NCBI GenBank assembly: GCA_964252035.1 | Contig: OZ176200.1 | Direction: 5' to 3' (one strand) | DNA: 64,000 nt | DNA from: Podarcis erhardii | Lineage: Eukaryota | Shown here: piece by piece, positions 14,245 through 28,188 of the stretch | How the letters are laid out: each line of letters starts with the position of its first letter | Position numbering within the stretch: position 1 is the first letter of the stretch | Notes under the pieces: model-generated | The model's input: only the letters and a program-made list of their open reading frames with translations | Database searches by the model: none | What the model was told of the DNA's origin: nothing | Position numbers and translations under genes: made by a program

Positions 14245-14340
14245 GCTGCAATCCTATATACACAAACTTACCTGGGAGTAAGCCCCATTGAAAGCAATGG
14301 TACTTAACTCTGAATAGACCCATGCAGGATTGCACTATCA
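14245..14340. repeat. Short quasi-palindromic squamate interspersed repeat
   Basis: gctgcaatcctatatacac...cttacctgggagtaagccccattg...aggattgcac. Related copies at about 57505-57570 and 62081-62160. Confidence 0.55.
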
Positions 14341-14503
14341 TTATCAAGTCAGGATGGAAGCCTGGAATCTTGTGCAAATGTTGGTTGCCATCTAATGGTT
14401 CTAGGTTGGACAGTCAATGATATCTCAGTGCCTTTAGTTTACATGCATTGCAACAGTCCACTTTCTTGCTGGGTTAGGTAGGTGGGAGTCTAATATTCAA
14501 CTA

Positions 14504-14753
14504 CCATATTGGCCCGAATATGAGCCGCACCCAAATATAAGCTGCACCTTTAAAATTCAAGGGCAAAAAAGAAAAAAATACAATACCCAAATATAAGCCA
14601 CTCCCTTAAAATTCCACAGGCACTCACACCCGTTCTGTTTTACTGTATGCCTGTTTCAGCAGCAATATTGTAAAATCCAACTTAAGCCGCACTGTAACTT
14701 TTCACGGTCAGAATTTGAAAAAAAAAGTGATACTTATATTCAGGCCAATGCGG
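14504..14753. mobile_element. Tc1/mariner (Tc2-like) MITE
   Basis: TIRs CCATATTGGCCCGAATATGAG / CTTATATTCAGGCCAATGCGG; TA on both sides (14502-14503, 14754-14755); repeated aatataagc motifs. Confidence 0.8.
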
Positions 14754-14789
14754 TAATTGTGCAGCAGAGGTACTGACTACCTATTACCT

Positions 14790-14960
14790 TGAATTAGAGA
14801 TGCTGGTTTTAATTTACAAAGTCCTTCATGACCTGGACTTGGTATATCTCAGATAATCTCTGCCCTTAGGAATCTCTTTACCTTTTAAGATCATCTAGGT
14901 GCCTCTTTATGAGAGCAGTAAGTGGTCCTACCTTCTTGGCAGTGGCCCCTTAATTCTGGA
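14790..14960 (+). mobile_element. Old L2 ORF2 3' remnant
   Basis: gatgctggttttaatttacaaagtccttcatgacctgg (LVLIYKVLHDL) resembles the L2 ORF2 end; highly decayed. Confidence 0.35.
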
Positions 14961-16979
14961 TCATGCTGAGATCTGCCACTGTGCATCCCTGCTAGGGTGT
15001 TGCATGGGAGTGTTTTTTGTTTTTGTTTTTTTGTTTTTTTTTGTTTAGGCAGACTTTCCCAAATAGGATTTTTACTTGTGTTGCGTTGGCTAATATTGTG
15101 TGTGTGCGTTGACGTATCGATTGGTTATGACTGTTGCTTTAATTATTTTTATGGTGTGATCTTATGGTTATTTATATTGTTTGAAAACAACTTGAATGTG
15201 GCGAGATAAGGATGGAGATTGGGGGGGGGTGCGGGGGTGTATAATTAAGTTTGCGTGGAACAAACCCTTGGTTTGTGCTGCATTTATGTCTGGGTGGATA
15301 GGGTTATATCAGGTAGACCGAGTCAGTGGAAAGAAGTAGTTCACTAGAGATAATTGAGAAGCTGTCAACAGCCTACCCTGTGCCCAGTTGTGGCAGCTAT
15401 TCTACTAGTAAATGCTGCAGAAACATTATGTGTGCATAACTCTCGGGACAGGATGTCTACACTGTGCCAGGAAAACCATGAATCTTCCTGGTGAGAGCAC
15501 AATGCCAAGATCTCCTTTATCGATCCTTATGCAACAGCAGCTAACGGAGAGGGATACAACAGCAACACAAGGCTAAATGAGAACAGGAAAAAAAGATAGT
15601 TGCACCTTGAGAAATGCTGCTGACCAGGAGTTCTGCATAATAAAAGGCACAGCTGTGAATCTATTAACCCCCACATAATCACAAACTGGCACATCAGCAG
15701 AACCACATGGAAACCGGGGGGGGGGGGGTCCTAAATGCCTAGAATGCCACTTAATAGCAAGATGTGCATGATTAAAAATGCATTCTCTCAATATATATTT
15801 ACCCCCCCCCAAAAAAAAAAAAACCAACAACCACAAAATGATCATAACAATAATATGAAGACAGGACATCTTGGAGTGGCCAAAGGTTAAGGAAGCTTCA
15901 AAGAGGGAATTTCACAAGGGCAGCTTTTATCATCTCTGCAGAACCACTTGCACTTCCAGGAATTCCCTTTTCTATCTAAGCAGCTATTAAACACACAGGA
16001 GCCTCTTCCTCCTTTGAATCTGGTCCCCTGAGGCTGTCATTTGCAACACCTGTCTGGTGCCTGGAAGGAAGCATAGATTAGCATGCATGAGGCCATGGCT
16101 AGTTAAATAGGAATCACAAGAGGTAGCGGTGTAATAGCAATAGGGCAGTGCTCTGGTTTCGTGTCAGACAAAACTCAGCAGCAGATGTTGGTGCCAGAAT
16201 TGTACTCCTAATATGCTTGGGGGTTGGGGAAGAAAAGAGGATGAGAGAGACCTGTGTGAACAGCTTTGCTGTGACAGGAGGCAGCATATAGTTCTTTAAC
16301 ATGGGTTGCCAGAAGGGCATGTAAAAGTACGCAAGGTATTGTCAGCTTGATTAAAGAGTGCCTGCTTTCTCTGTTATAATCCCTGCTGATACCCTGCACT
16401 ATTTCACCTAAAAGCATTCAGTGTGGTAGATAATCCATATTAATCTTCAAAACAATAGGAAGTGGGGAAAGGGAGCAATGTGAGAAAAGTGGGGGAAAGG
16501 AGGACAGGAGGGAATGACAAAGATACAGATCAAAAGGAGGGAGAAAGTTCATTCTGGTGCTCCTGGGAGATGTACATTCCTAGAACACTTTCATTTAAAT
16601 GCTCCTAATTATCATGAACATCTGCAAGTCCTAAATGAGCTGCTCTTTTCATTTGTTCTTTTCAGTTATTTCATCAAAAGTGTTGTACCCCTGCAGCTCC
16701 TAGAGACTTGTGCTGAGATTTTGTCTGCATTTCACTGTAAAAATCAGGCTGGCTACAGTTTTGGAATAGCTTCAGGCCTGGCCCCCACCCACTGCCTTGA
16801 CATAGCAGTCTGACAACAGAGAAGCAGATGTTAAAGGAAAGGTACAGATAGAGAATGTGGGAGAAAGAAGAACAGCAATAGGAAGAAGAGGTGTAGAATA
16901 TTCAGACAGAGAATGAGGCAAAGGACCTTTTCAAACAATGTGTGGCAGCAATCCTAGGTTTGCCACAAAGTATAAACTG

Positions 16980-17493
16980 AGGGATGCAGGTGGCGCTGTG
17001 GGTTAAACCACAGAGCCTAGGACTTGCCGATCAGAAGGTCGGTGGTTCGAAGCCCCGCGACAGGGTGAGCTCCTGTTGCTCAATCCCTGCTCCTGCCAAC
17101 CTAGCAGTTCGAAAGCACCCAGTGGCGTAGCGTGGGGGGTGCAGGGGGGGCCGGCCGCACCGGGCGCAACATCTGGGGTTAGGGCAAATCCACGGGTTAG
17201 GGGGCGCAAATCCACGGGTTAGGGGGCGCAAATTACTTGCCTTGCCCCGGGTGCTGACAACCCACGCTACGCCACTGAAAGCACCTCAAAGTGCAAGTAG
17301 ATAAATAGGTACCGCTCTGGCAGGAAGCATTTCCGTGTGCTTCTCTGGTTTACCAGAAGCGGCTTAATCATGCTGGCCACATGACCCGAAAGCTGTACGC
17401 CGGCTCCCTTGGCCAATAAAGCGAGATAAGCGCTGCAACCCCAGAGTCGGTCATGACTGGACCTAATGGTCAGGGGTCCCTTTACCTTTACCT
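16980..17493 (+). mobile_element. Sauria-type SINE, full length, interrupted by a hAT MITE
   Basis: tRNA-derived head with A box TGGCGCTGTGG and intact B box GGTTCGAAGCC (17044-17054), typical Sauria body, (TTTACC)n tail. 9-bp TSD TATAAACTG at 16971-16979 and 17494-17502. Confidence 0.92.
17120..17277. mobile_element. hAT-type MITE (158 bp) nested in the Sauria SINE
   Basis: Perfect 17-bp TIRs CAGTGGCGTAGCGTGGG / CCCACGCTACGCCACTG; perfect 8-bp TSD AAAGCACC at 17112-17119 and 17278-17285; internal 22-bp tandem duplication. Confidence 0.95.
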
Positions 17494-19189
17494 TATAAAC
17501 TGGATGGTAAGCTGCAACCAGTTCTAGATTTCAGATAAGGGAATCTCTATGACACATATGTTTCCAAACACACATATACATTTTTAGATGCACATTTTTT
17601 AAAAAGGAGTTTTGTTAGATCTAAAAGAATAAATAAAGTGCAAAGAAGCACATAGTGCTAGAATGTATTAATCAGACAGAGGCAACTCTGTGCAAACATC
17701 TTCACTACACATGCAAATCCATTACTCAAATGATTGCTTGAATAGGTGGAATAGCCATCACAAATGGAACACCACAGACAGAGCTTTTATTTTACCTGAA
17801 TCATTACACTTTTCAATGGAAGGAAATTAGCATGTTCACCTGGAAATCATGTAGGTCCCCTCCAGACTAGTGTGTGTGTTTGTTTGTGTGTGTATTCTGC
17901 AACCTACCAGTGATGCAATAGCAGTCTATTAGGTGCCCACCACTTTTATTAGTTGTTGTGTGATGCATCCCCAGTGTTACCACATCATTGTCATCTGGAG
18001 GGGGCACAAAAGTGGGACCAAAAATCCTTGGGACTTTGTAGTATGAAAAGTTTGGGGGTTTCAGCAGAAAACTGGAACATGCACCAGTTGGAAACAATGG
18101 CGTACGTTTGACTCAAAACTTTTACGGAACTGAAAGCAAGATCATAGATAACTGTCTCAATGCCAACCTGAACACAAATCATGATGGATGTGCAATGAAA
18201 AGGACACCTGGAGGGGCCCTCAGTGATGGTGTAGTCATGATTATAGGATTGGGTGTGGATGTGGGAAGCCCAGTCCAAACCAGCACTCAGTTATGAAGCT
18301 CTTTTTGGTAGCCTTGACCAAGTGCCTACCTTGGCCTCACAATCTCACCTATCTCAGTTTTTGAGGAGGAACAGATGTTGTTTGGAGCTCCTTGGGGAAA
18401 GGGGCAGGATACAAATGTAACTAATAATAATTGACACTAATGCTAGCTAATACATTATTTAGGGTGTTTTTAAAACGTTTTTGCAGAGATGTCTGCTGCT
18501 ACTGTGTAGCGGCTGTGAGCTACGCACAAGAGATCTGTCTTCACCGCAAACTTAAAAGGATTTAAACTCTTAGGAATTGCCCCCCAATGAATTGATTTAT
18601 AACTCACCAAATGTAGGATACGATGCCATGCATTACGCTGCTATGGTTCTCCAGCAGAATTCTCACTACAATTACAATTCCCAGAGCTCTTTTTGAAGTC
18701 ATATGATGCCCCCCATGGAGCTCCCCCCCCCAGGCATGATGCTACATTGGAAAGGGGAGAGAATTGGCTGCCCTCCAAAAAAAATTGGGGCTCCACCTCC
18801 TACCAGCCTCAGCCACTCAGGGATGAAAGCAGTGGTGGTCTGACACCATCCTGAAGGCCACAGGTTCCCCACTTCTGATTTAGGGATAAGTAAAAGTTAT
18901 GTGCTGTTTGTATTTGCGCAACAAGTACTAGTCAACAAGTGGCTCTTTCCCCATTATTGCTATCTCCATGGCAAGAAAACTTGACCTCAAAGATTGCTTT
19001 GAGACTCTTGAAAGGATGCTCATCAAAGGTGGTGAATCTAAGGAAGACCATGGGCCAAAGCTAGAGGCAGATGAAATGGCTGGGTTTCCACAATACAATT
19101 TCGTTAAATAAATCCAGACCCATCCAAAGCAATGTAGTGGGACTATCTTTGAAGTTGTTTTCAGTGAGTTGTAGTAGTGTTTGCTTTAC

Positions 19190-19356
19190 ACTGGGGAGAC
19201 CCACCCACAGCCACAGAGTTTATTAGGTGGCCTTGAATCAGTCGTTGTGGCTCAGTCTAACCTACCTCACAGGGTTGTTGTGAATGTAAAAAGGAGGAGG
19301 TATGTATGTTGCTGCAAGCTGTTCGGAGGAAGGGCAGGGTAAATAATAAATAATCA
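19190..19356 (+). mobile_element. MIR/CORE-like SINE, degenerate
   Basis: ctcagtctaacctacctcacagggttgttgtg...gggcagggtaaataataaataat. A more decayed copy lies at about 18283-18432 and a minus-strand fragment at about 42530-42565. Confidence 0.6.
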
Positions 19357-21257
19357 TTGATGTCTTGGTGATTAGAACCAAATTCATGTAGCCTCTTCAA
19401 TAAAGGAATATGATTACAGTTCAGGATAGAAGGACTTGCATTTGTAAAATCTCTGTGACTCTGTTGAAGTTTATCTGCAAACAAACAAAATCCCTTCACT
19501 TCTGCAGTCTTGGTCACTGTAAATACATTTTGCAAGAAAATGAGACACTGCAAGTAGAATAAACTAAATAATGAAAACAAATGATATGCTGTTATTCTTA
19601 ATATCGTCAGAATGCATATTATTCATTTGTCAATTTTCAAAATTTAATGCAGAAATGGAAATATACTCCCCCACCTGCAGTGATACCACTGTCCACACCA
19701 TAGATTTAAAGCCTATGTTTTTTCAAAAGAATCCCAGGAATGTGTGCAGCAAACACACATCTGGATCCCCAAGGAGTTGATACTGAGAAAGAGCACTGGG
19801 TGGGGAAAGGGTTAAACATCCATCTATTTCTCTGCTGAAAGCCAATCCTTTCTGGAGCTGCATTTTTTTCTTAAAAGAAGTTGATTTAGGGAGTTAATAT
19901 ATGCATTTGCATAACAGGCAGTTTCTCCCTACCGCCTTTTACAGTTCAGTCAACATTAGCAATTTCCTTCAATAGCAACTGTGCCAGCAAGCAGGCAGCA
20001 GGCAGAGTCTGTGATAAGGAAGGAGTATATTTGTGAAAGAACGGCCTTGCAAGGGGAGCAAAATGGAAGATCCCATGTATTTAGAATGCACGGGATGTTG
20101 CTGCGTGGCCTGAAATAAGCTGCAGGCTTTGGAAATTGGCAAGCTGGAATCACAGACCGAATATTTGAACTTGTGGCTTTTGTCACAAGTTGCCATCACT
20201 TCATTGAGCAATGTCAAGTTCACAAGGCAGTAAACACCCAGGGATTTATAAAGGAAATCACTTTTAAAAATGACTTACATGAATTCATGGAAGATTTCTG
20301 GAGACACTTGGTCAATTAAAACGTTTTGCTCTTTCCAGGCAGCTCTGCTGCACTACAGCTTGGTAGGTTTGCTATACATAGTTCACCACTGACACCTGGT
20401 GTTTAGCTTGGTTCATTGCAAGTGGCTTCCGTTTCTTACTGCAATCTTATGACCTGATGCGAGTCAGTAAGGCAGAGGTACCTAATGTAGTGTCTTCTAT
20501 ATGTTGAAGGCTCTAACCATCAACAGTCCAGTTTGATGGGAGTTGTAGACCACAACATCTGAAGGGCATCACATGGCCTTCCCTGTGCACTAAAGCAGTA
20601 ACTCACTGCAGTATGAATTAGCCATGTTCGTGTGTTGCAGCAAAAGCAATAGTCTTGTGGCCCCTGAATGACTAACACAGTTACTATGGCATAAGCTTTC
20701 GTGGACCAGAGTCCACTTCACTATATACACTTGTAAATAATGATATCTAATGGCAACGATAGCACACTCTGTGAAAACTCAACTGAAGCTTAAAACTGTA
20801 TGCAAAATAAACCCAGTGACTATTCACAACAGCAGTAATTGGTGATACCCTAATCATTCTTAAATTTATTAATGTCTGTAGTGGGACAAGAACCCATAGT
20901 CTCTACTTATGCTCAGAACTGATATAATCAAACTTCTTATTCAGTTCTAATTCAGTAGTTTCATACCGGCGTCTTCTTTGATGATGATGATGATCACATA
21001 TCTGACATCAGGAATGGCAGCGTTCAGAAACTCGTGAGAGAACATTTCAGTCTCCCAGGACTCTCTCCTAATGCTGACTTGAACATTGCTATTCTCCAAC
21101 AAAGGAATGATGATTAAGGTATCACAAATTACTGCTGTTGTAACTGATTCCATTGTTTTTTGTGCATACATTTAAACTTTAATTGTACTGTCACAAGTTT
21201 GGCATTTCATGGTCATGGGACTCCATTGGTCCACCCCCCCCCATCCTTCCTCTACAC

Positions 21258-21488
21258 CAGTGGTTCTCAAAGGCGTGGCAGGAGAGGGGGGCAAGTGTGG
21301 TGGGAAGATTCAAGGACAAAGAAACATTTCAATATTTCAGTGTAGTATAGTGTCAAAACATTTTTGACAATCCTGGTTGTGTTTTCCAATCTATTTCTTA
21401 TCTGTAAAAAAAAAAGAAAAATCAGTGTAGCACAAGCAATTTTTTATTCTGTAAGTGTGGCCCAGAGAAAAAAGTTTGAGAGACACTG
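21258..21488. mobile_element. hAT (Charlie-like) MITE
   Basis: TIRs CAGTGGTTCTCAAA / TTTGAGAGACACTG (12/14); 8-bp TSD CTCTACAC / CTCTACAA (7/8). Confidence 0.85.
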
Positions 21489-22697
21489 CTCTACAACCAT
21501 GTGTATATAGACCCACTGACAAATCAAAGAAACGCACCTAATGAAGGGTACTCTAATAACCCATGAAAGTACTATAGCAGAATAACTTTAGCATATAGAA
21601 TGTAACTATAGTCACGTCAAGCTTGAGCCATATGTCTACAGCTTCTGCACACCTGAAAGAATTGCTCAGTGACACTGCTTTTGGATTCTCTCAGTAGAGG
21701 CCACCTTCTCTCAATCACCTATTCCAGAATACAGAGGCACCAGCAGGGCTGCTCCAGAGCATGCTGCTTTATTTTTGCAATGTTACTGGTACTAGTGATG
21801 TGCAGGATCTATTCTGTAGTAATGAAACCTGAAGTCTAGCTGCAGTGGCTATAGGTTAAACTGCGTGGGATCTGCATAAGACCTCCATTAGCCTAACCCT
21901 ATTAATATTAATATACTTACAGCTTCTTGCTGCAGTGGAATCCTCTGCCAGATTTCACTAGGAGGGATGGGACGCACACACACATATACAACTGACTACT
22001 GACAGCTCCCATAAATACCCATGATCCAGTTGAAATAGGAGTGCATGACAGGGTTACCACCCCTACTCTGAACTGTATATTGCCCTTTCCATAATGTGCT
22101 TTGCTCAGAAGGAGCGTTGGAAATTAACCTGGCTGCAGTCACAAAGGAAGCACATAACAGTGCTGAACCTGGTGAAGACTTAACTTCGAAGGCCATAGAT
22201 TTTTGCCATTAGCTGTTAAAGAAATGAAATGTCTTAACTATGCACAAATTGTTTCCTCCAGTGCATGACACACAGCCCATGTCAACGGTTAATGCCCCAG
22301 TCATCTCCACTCCATCTTCCCCTCCCCATTATTTGCATCTCAAATTTTGCGACCAATGGACATAGTTTCCTAGAGGAAGCAGCTATACACATAATGCTAT
22401 ACTGCTCTGTGCTCACAAGGAAAAGCCAATTAGCACCTACCTGTCATATCCACCCCCACCCCACCCCGCTGCTGACTCACCTGCTCCCATCATCACATTT
22501 GCAGTGCTATTGTTCACCCTGCTGGAAGAAGTATATCAGTAGTACTGTCCCGATCCTTTAAAGGTAAAGGCGATAGTTAGGAGTCCCAGGCAGAGGAAAT
22601 AAATGCATATGATGCAGTAGGAACAAATACTAGATGTTTCCACTCACATTCTTTGAAGCACCAGAAATCACTGGGCAGGCTGTGGCTCTTGCTGTAG

Positions 22698-22910
<213 letters not shown>

Positions 22911-23822
22911 ACCGTGGCCAGTAGTTGCTGCCCAAATTCCCGTGCCAGAAGCCGCCATTGAGTTTCTAACAGAAGGGACGCAAACAAATAAGACGACACC
23001 CATGCAACTCCCTCCGAATGGCAAACGCCACCCCAAACAGATCGAAGAAACAATCAGGACTCCCCTTGACACTCCTCTCTCTCCCCCCCCCCGCCCCCCC
23101 AATAGCCTGACTGGTATGTGAACTTACGTAGCAGAGAGTTTTACTTTTACATTTTGTACACAAAGTATTTATTTTCATGATAAAGAAATAGGATTTGATG
23201 GTGAGATGGAAATGACACGGCTTAATCGGAGGGGACGGCGGACTGCGGTGGAAGAAAAATGGAAGCAGTACACCAGTGATCCCAAGATGAAGGCAACATA
23301 ACCGACCTGAGAGTGCTGAACTGAGAGGATGGGCAAGATTGCCCTGTCAGGCATGGTGAAATGCAGACCTCTTTCGGGATATACCCCTAAGTCTGTACAC
23401 AGTTTCAGAAGCTCAAGAGAGGGAATGGAATAATTAAAAAAAAAAAAAGCTTGCTGCTAAGAGTTAGGCATGGCCTTTGCAGAACATATCAGTTGCATTC
23501 AGACTGCTTCCAAGTTCTTTCCCTCTCCGCTCCCCACTCTGTGTCCCCCAGCACACACACACACCTTTGCCGTCTACATTTTTACCTGTTTTCATATTTA
23601 TTTGATTGAAGCCCATAATAGCTTGCAAAAATGTTTATAAATCAGGAAATTTGGGTTCTAGACAGGTTACACTAGCCTCTCCTGACAAATCCTGGAGCCT
23701 TCCAGGGTAAATGCCAGAGGGGAGGGAAAAAGTAATGGTCCTCTTTGGAACCTCATGGAAACACTGAGAATGTAGACAACTTATGGAAAATTTGCATAGA
23801 TCCTGTATCTCTGTCAACTTTC

Positions 23823-23828
23823 AATAAA
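23823..23828 (+). promoter_or_regulatory. Candidate IFITM10 polyadenylation signal AATAAA
   Basis: First canonical AATAAA I found after the IFITM10 stop, about 0.9 kb downstream. No transcript evidence. Confidence 0.3.
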
Positions 23829-25020
23829 AATACCTCTAACCATCAGACACTGTATACTACAGGTTGCATCTTTCTGCCTCATAATGCCATCCACAGCAGG
23901 AGAAAGCTGGGCTTTGTTGACCAATTTAAAGATGGTAGGATTTCATTTAATATAGCTTTTGAAACAAGCCGAACCATTCTTTTTAAATTTTACAATATCT
24001 AGGTCAGTGTCACAGTGCAAAAGTAAATATTTTTTTCCCAATTGCCCCAAGATAGCATTGCCATTCAGCAGTTTAGTAAGCCTACAAATAATTTGTATTG
24101 TTCACTTGATAAATACTTTCATTCCACAGGGGCCGGGGGCTGGAGTACTCTAATGGGCAACAGAATTCGCCTCTTTCCCCATAGTGGAATTGTGTCCTTC
24201 CACCAAACTAGCTTCAATAGGGCACTTAAAGAGAAATACAAAAATTGCAGCTGCTCCACTATTGTTAGTATAGCCCAAACTATTTGGCTGTACTTTGGAG
24301 AAGTCAGCGGTTCCGCATCCTGAGCCCAGCCTCGCCCTCTTCTTTATAACTATGGCTTTCCTAAGGTCCTTTTGCTTCAGTTTAAAAGTACCTTTGATTC
24401 ATGGGTAGTTCATTTGTTTGCCTCCGTGGAATCTTTCACAGGCACTTAGCAACTGCCAGAAAATGGTCTATTCCAGCTGTGGTCTGGCAAGGGGTGCCGG
24501 TTTAGGAGCTCAGCATGATGCAGGCTGCTGCTGTGCCCCCACACCATGCTGAGCTCCCTGCTGTCTTGCCCCCTTCCTTCCAGTAACCAGCAGCAATGCC
24601 TGATGTTAGAAAGCCAGCTTGGCAACACAGACCCCCCCCCATACCACCAGCTGCTACTGTCTCTTTTCCAAGGGTCTGGAATTAATCAGGGTCATGCTCT
24701 GCGGACATATGCATAGCCAATTGTTGGCTCCTCCCCCTTCTGTTTGTTTTCACCATTTCATGGAGCAGCATGGCAGGCAGCCTTGGAGAAAGAACATAGC
24801 CATCTGCCTTACCATTGATCTGAGCATTGATCTATCTGCCTTAGTGTTGTCTGCACACTGACTTGTGCTCTTTGGGACTTAGGATCATTTGCATGGAAAC
24901 TACCAGTGAGCACCATCCCTTTCCCAATGTATGTGCAATGTATAATTCAAGCCTAGGCAACAGCCGGCTATAGGTCAGAACACGGCCATTGACAAGTATG
25001 GGGCTTAAATAATGAACACA

Positions 25021-25300
25021 CAGGTCCAGCTCTGAGGACCCTCTGGTGGTTCCCTCCCTGCGAGAAGTGAGGTTACAGGGAAGCAGGTAGTGGCTCCCTC
25101 CCTGTGGAACCCCCTCCCATCAGATGTCAAGGAAATAAACAACTATCTGACTTTTAGAAGACATCTGAAGGCAACCCTGTATCGGGAATTTTTTTATGTC
25201 TAATGTTTTACCATTTTTAATGTGCTGTGAGCCGCCCAGAGTGGTTGGGGAAACGCAGCCAGATGGGTGGGGTATAAATAATAAAATTAGTAGTGGTGGT
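25021..25300 (+). mobile_element. L2 LINE 3' end
   Basis: ggtccagctctgaggacc...ccatcagatgtcaaggaaataaacaactatctgacttttagaagacatctgaaggc...gccgcccagagtggttgggg...gggtataaataataa; same tail as 11913-11975. Confidence 0.8.
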
Positions 25301-26946
25301 AGAAGTGAGACCAGGTGCCACATCAGCAACACCAGAAGCCACTGAGGACTATTCAATTTGGTGTGAATCCCTCTTGCACAATCTGTCCCTATAGTGAAAT
25401 TTCACCATTTACCACGACTTTATATAAAATGGGTGGCAGAAGGTATTATTCATGCTGGTGTTATCCCTTTGTATTTTTAACATACTTTCTCCCCCTTTTA
25501 CGCACCTTAAGTAAGAGGCAGCCGTGCTTGTACAAATGGAAGGAAATCAAATATATAACAGACAGGCAGCAGCGCCGCAGGCACAGGCGAGTCAGCAGAA
25601 TGAAGAAATGGATACGCGACCAGCATACACAGTTGAATGATGAGAGGGGAAGGACAGGTTACAGATAATAGCTCTGCGAAGACAAGGATGTCCAAATTAC
25701 GTGTTGGCAAAATGCAAGGACAGCATGAGAGGCTGTGTGTGTCCGCATGCAACTAGTCATAGTCACGTGCACATTCATATTCAGGGAGCTGGAGAGCAGA
25801 GCAAGTGAGAGTATATTCCAATCTCATTAGGCAAATATGGCATATTCACAAAGACCCTGGTTAGCTGATACTAAAATATGAATAGCTGGAACAGAATACA
25901 GATTGGTTTGCACCAAAACAGTAATGCCTACTATCCAGTACTGTATAGTCAATAGCAGTTGTAAGATCTTAATAACACACAGGCTTTTCGATACAGTACA
26001 ACAGCTTCCCCACTCATTGCAATGGAAGGGGTGGGTCTGCACATTTCTTTCCATGCATAGAGCTTCCTATGCTGCTGGAGCTAGCTGCAGCATACAGAAT
26101 CCACCTGCATCCCGCCATACACAGGTTTCTGAACCAGACCGAACTAGCTCATAAAACCTAACGCCTTTTGTATTAGGGTGTGCTACATGAGGCAAATAGG
26201 CTAAATAATTATACAAACTGGTCTCCCCCTGCCGGGTTGCAGACTTTCTCCAGGGAGAAATGTTCTAGCTTGATAGGTCTGAGAAAAGATGTACTGTAGC
26301 TGCTGCAGTTGCTGTTGCTGTTGCATTTTTCTCATCCCATTGACGTGCATATTTTTGTTTTACTTATTGCTCCAGTGATCTGAGAGTCTTTCATGTCTGA
26401 CTGCTTGCTCCATTTGTCAGAAGGTTAGCATTTCGGAACCCGAGAAGCAGCAAGATGCAGGCTTTGATTTGTGATTTCGTTGGAATATTGCTACACACTT
26501 CCCTCTCTAGTCCTTGCCTTTTGCTCTGCAGTGAGGAGTGTCTTTGCAGCAGAAGCTGATTGTTGCTTTCAGGTTATTGATTAGCAGGGGAAACGGGCCC
26601 ACCTCTCCTCTGTTCATGTTGCTGCTGTTGGCACTCCTGTGTAAACAGAAGGGGAACAAACCACTTTTTCCAGTATTGAAAGCAATTACAGAAATATATT
26701 AGAAGCAGGAAGCAGAGGGGCGCAATCAATGTCAAATTTTCATTTGCATGTAATAAATATTTGCACAATGAAGGAAAATCCCAGTCCAAGGTCAGCAGAG
26801 ACTGCTTTCGTTTCTCATTACAGTCTATATATTTTACAGCCTATATATAGGACTTTGATACAGTTTATCTACTATATATTATAGTACAGTAAGCCCGCAA
26901 CTTACACATGTTTAATTTGTGTGCATTCAGCTTTATATACTTGGCA

Positions 26947-26973
26947 AGATAGATAGATAGATGATAGATAGAT

Positions 26974-27015
<42 letters not shown>

Positions 27016-27038
27016 CAGATAGATGATAGATAGATGAT
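26947..27038. repeat. (GATA)n microsatellite with GAT interruptions
   Basis: Directly visible. Confidence 0.97.
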
Positions 27039-28162
27039 GGATAGGGGACAGAAGGGAGTGAGCGTGTGGGGAAAAAAGACTTTGGCAATCCCACCCGCCA
27101 TTGACCCTAATGTGTTTTGATCATACACAATTTTGGCTTTAGGTGCCATCTCTAAAATGTAACCCCTGCATAAGTTTTGTACTTTCTGATGCTGAATTAT
27201 CTTTTCCCCAGCTGCTGCTTCTGTGGTTTATGTTGTTGCCAGGGCTCAGCATCAGTAAATTCAGGAATATGTGAAGACATAATGAAACAAACAGTCCCTA
27301 AGCATATGCAGAGTGCCTTTCCTTGATAACAAAGAAATTGCACCCTGCCTCCACACCTTTGGGTTTAAGGCAGAGGGTTTTCAAGGCTTCAAAGGAGGTC
27401 TTCCCAAACATCCTTTCAGGGAGAAATTCAAAACTAAACTGCAAAACATGAAACTATCATAACAGAATTTGTAGTGATCATTTATACTTCTGTTTCATAC
27501 CTCACAAAAGCTACAGTGATGTTAGCAATGATAATGACATGTGCCAAATATAGTCATCCTATTTTAAATAAAGAATACTGCACATATGGCATGTACACCT
27601 ATCCCATAAACTCTAGATAATTGTTTAGAATAATAAATACTCAGCAGGCACTCACAATCCAACACAGAGTTAGGCACATTTAAGTCTGGTGGATTAATAT
27701 GTGAATAGCTCTGTGTTGGACTACATCCTATGTTGTTGTTTATTAGTTGCTAATTTGTTATTAAATTTGGGGTTATTTTATTACTCCCTAATCCAGATAT
27801 ATGTGTTCCAAGGCCCTGTGCAAAATATAATAAAAGCAGCTTAAAAAAAAAAACATGAAACAGTGCAGAAATTGGAAACATTGCATTTGACTTGGAAAAC
27901 AATAGGAGGCACAAAATGGAACATTCTGATAGGAATTTGGCCTGTCACGGTTCCTGTGATCCCTGCAAAACCTTAATGGTCAGTCCAGAGGAAGGAGGAA
28001 AGAACCAGTGGGACTGACTAGGCTAAATTTCACATTTCCACATTTATTTACTTTTTGGCTGCCGGCTCTTAGTAATAGACAAACCCTCTGCATCCCCTTC
28101 TTACAGAGCACTTGAGAGGAGTATCCATGTGTGTATCATGAGTAATGATGTTAATGCCAGCA

Positions 28163-28188
28163 ACACACACACACACACACACACACAC
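28163..28188. repeat. (AC)13 microsatellite
   Basis: Directly visible. Confidence 0.95.

Noticed and set aside
14386-14398. CTCF-like motif (reverse complement CCATTAGATGGCA); similar partial matches near 3927, 48829 and 63024
   Set aside because: Partial matches of this quality are expected by chance and cannot be scored without a PWM scan or ChIP.
26947-27038. GATA (Bkm-like) repeat as a sign of sex linkage
   Set aside because: A short GATA tract is a common autosomal microsatellite; nothing here indicates W/Z linkage.
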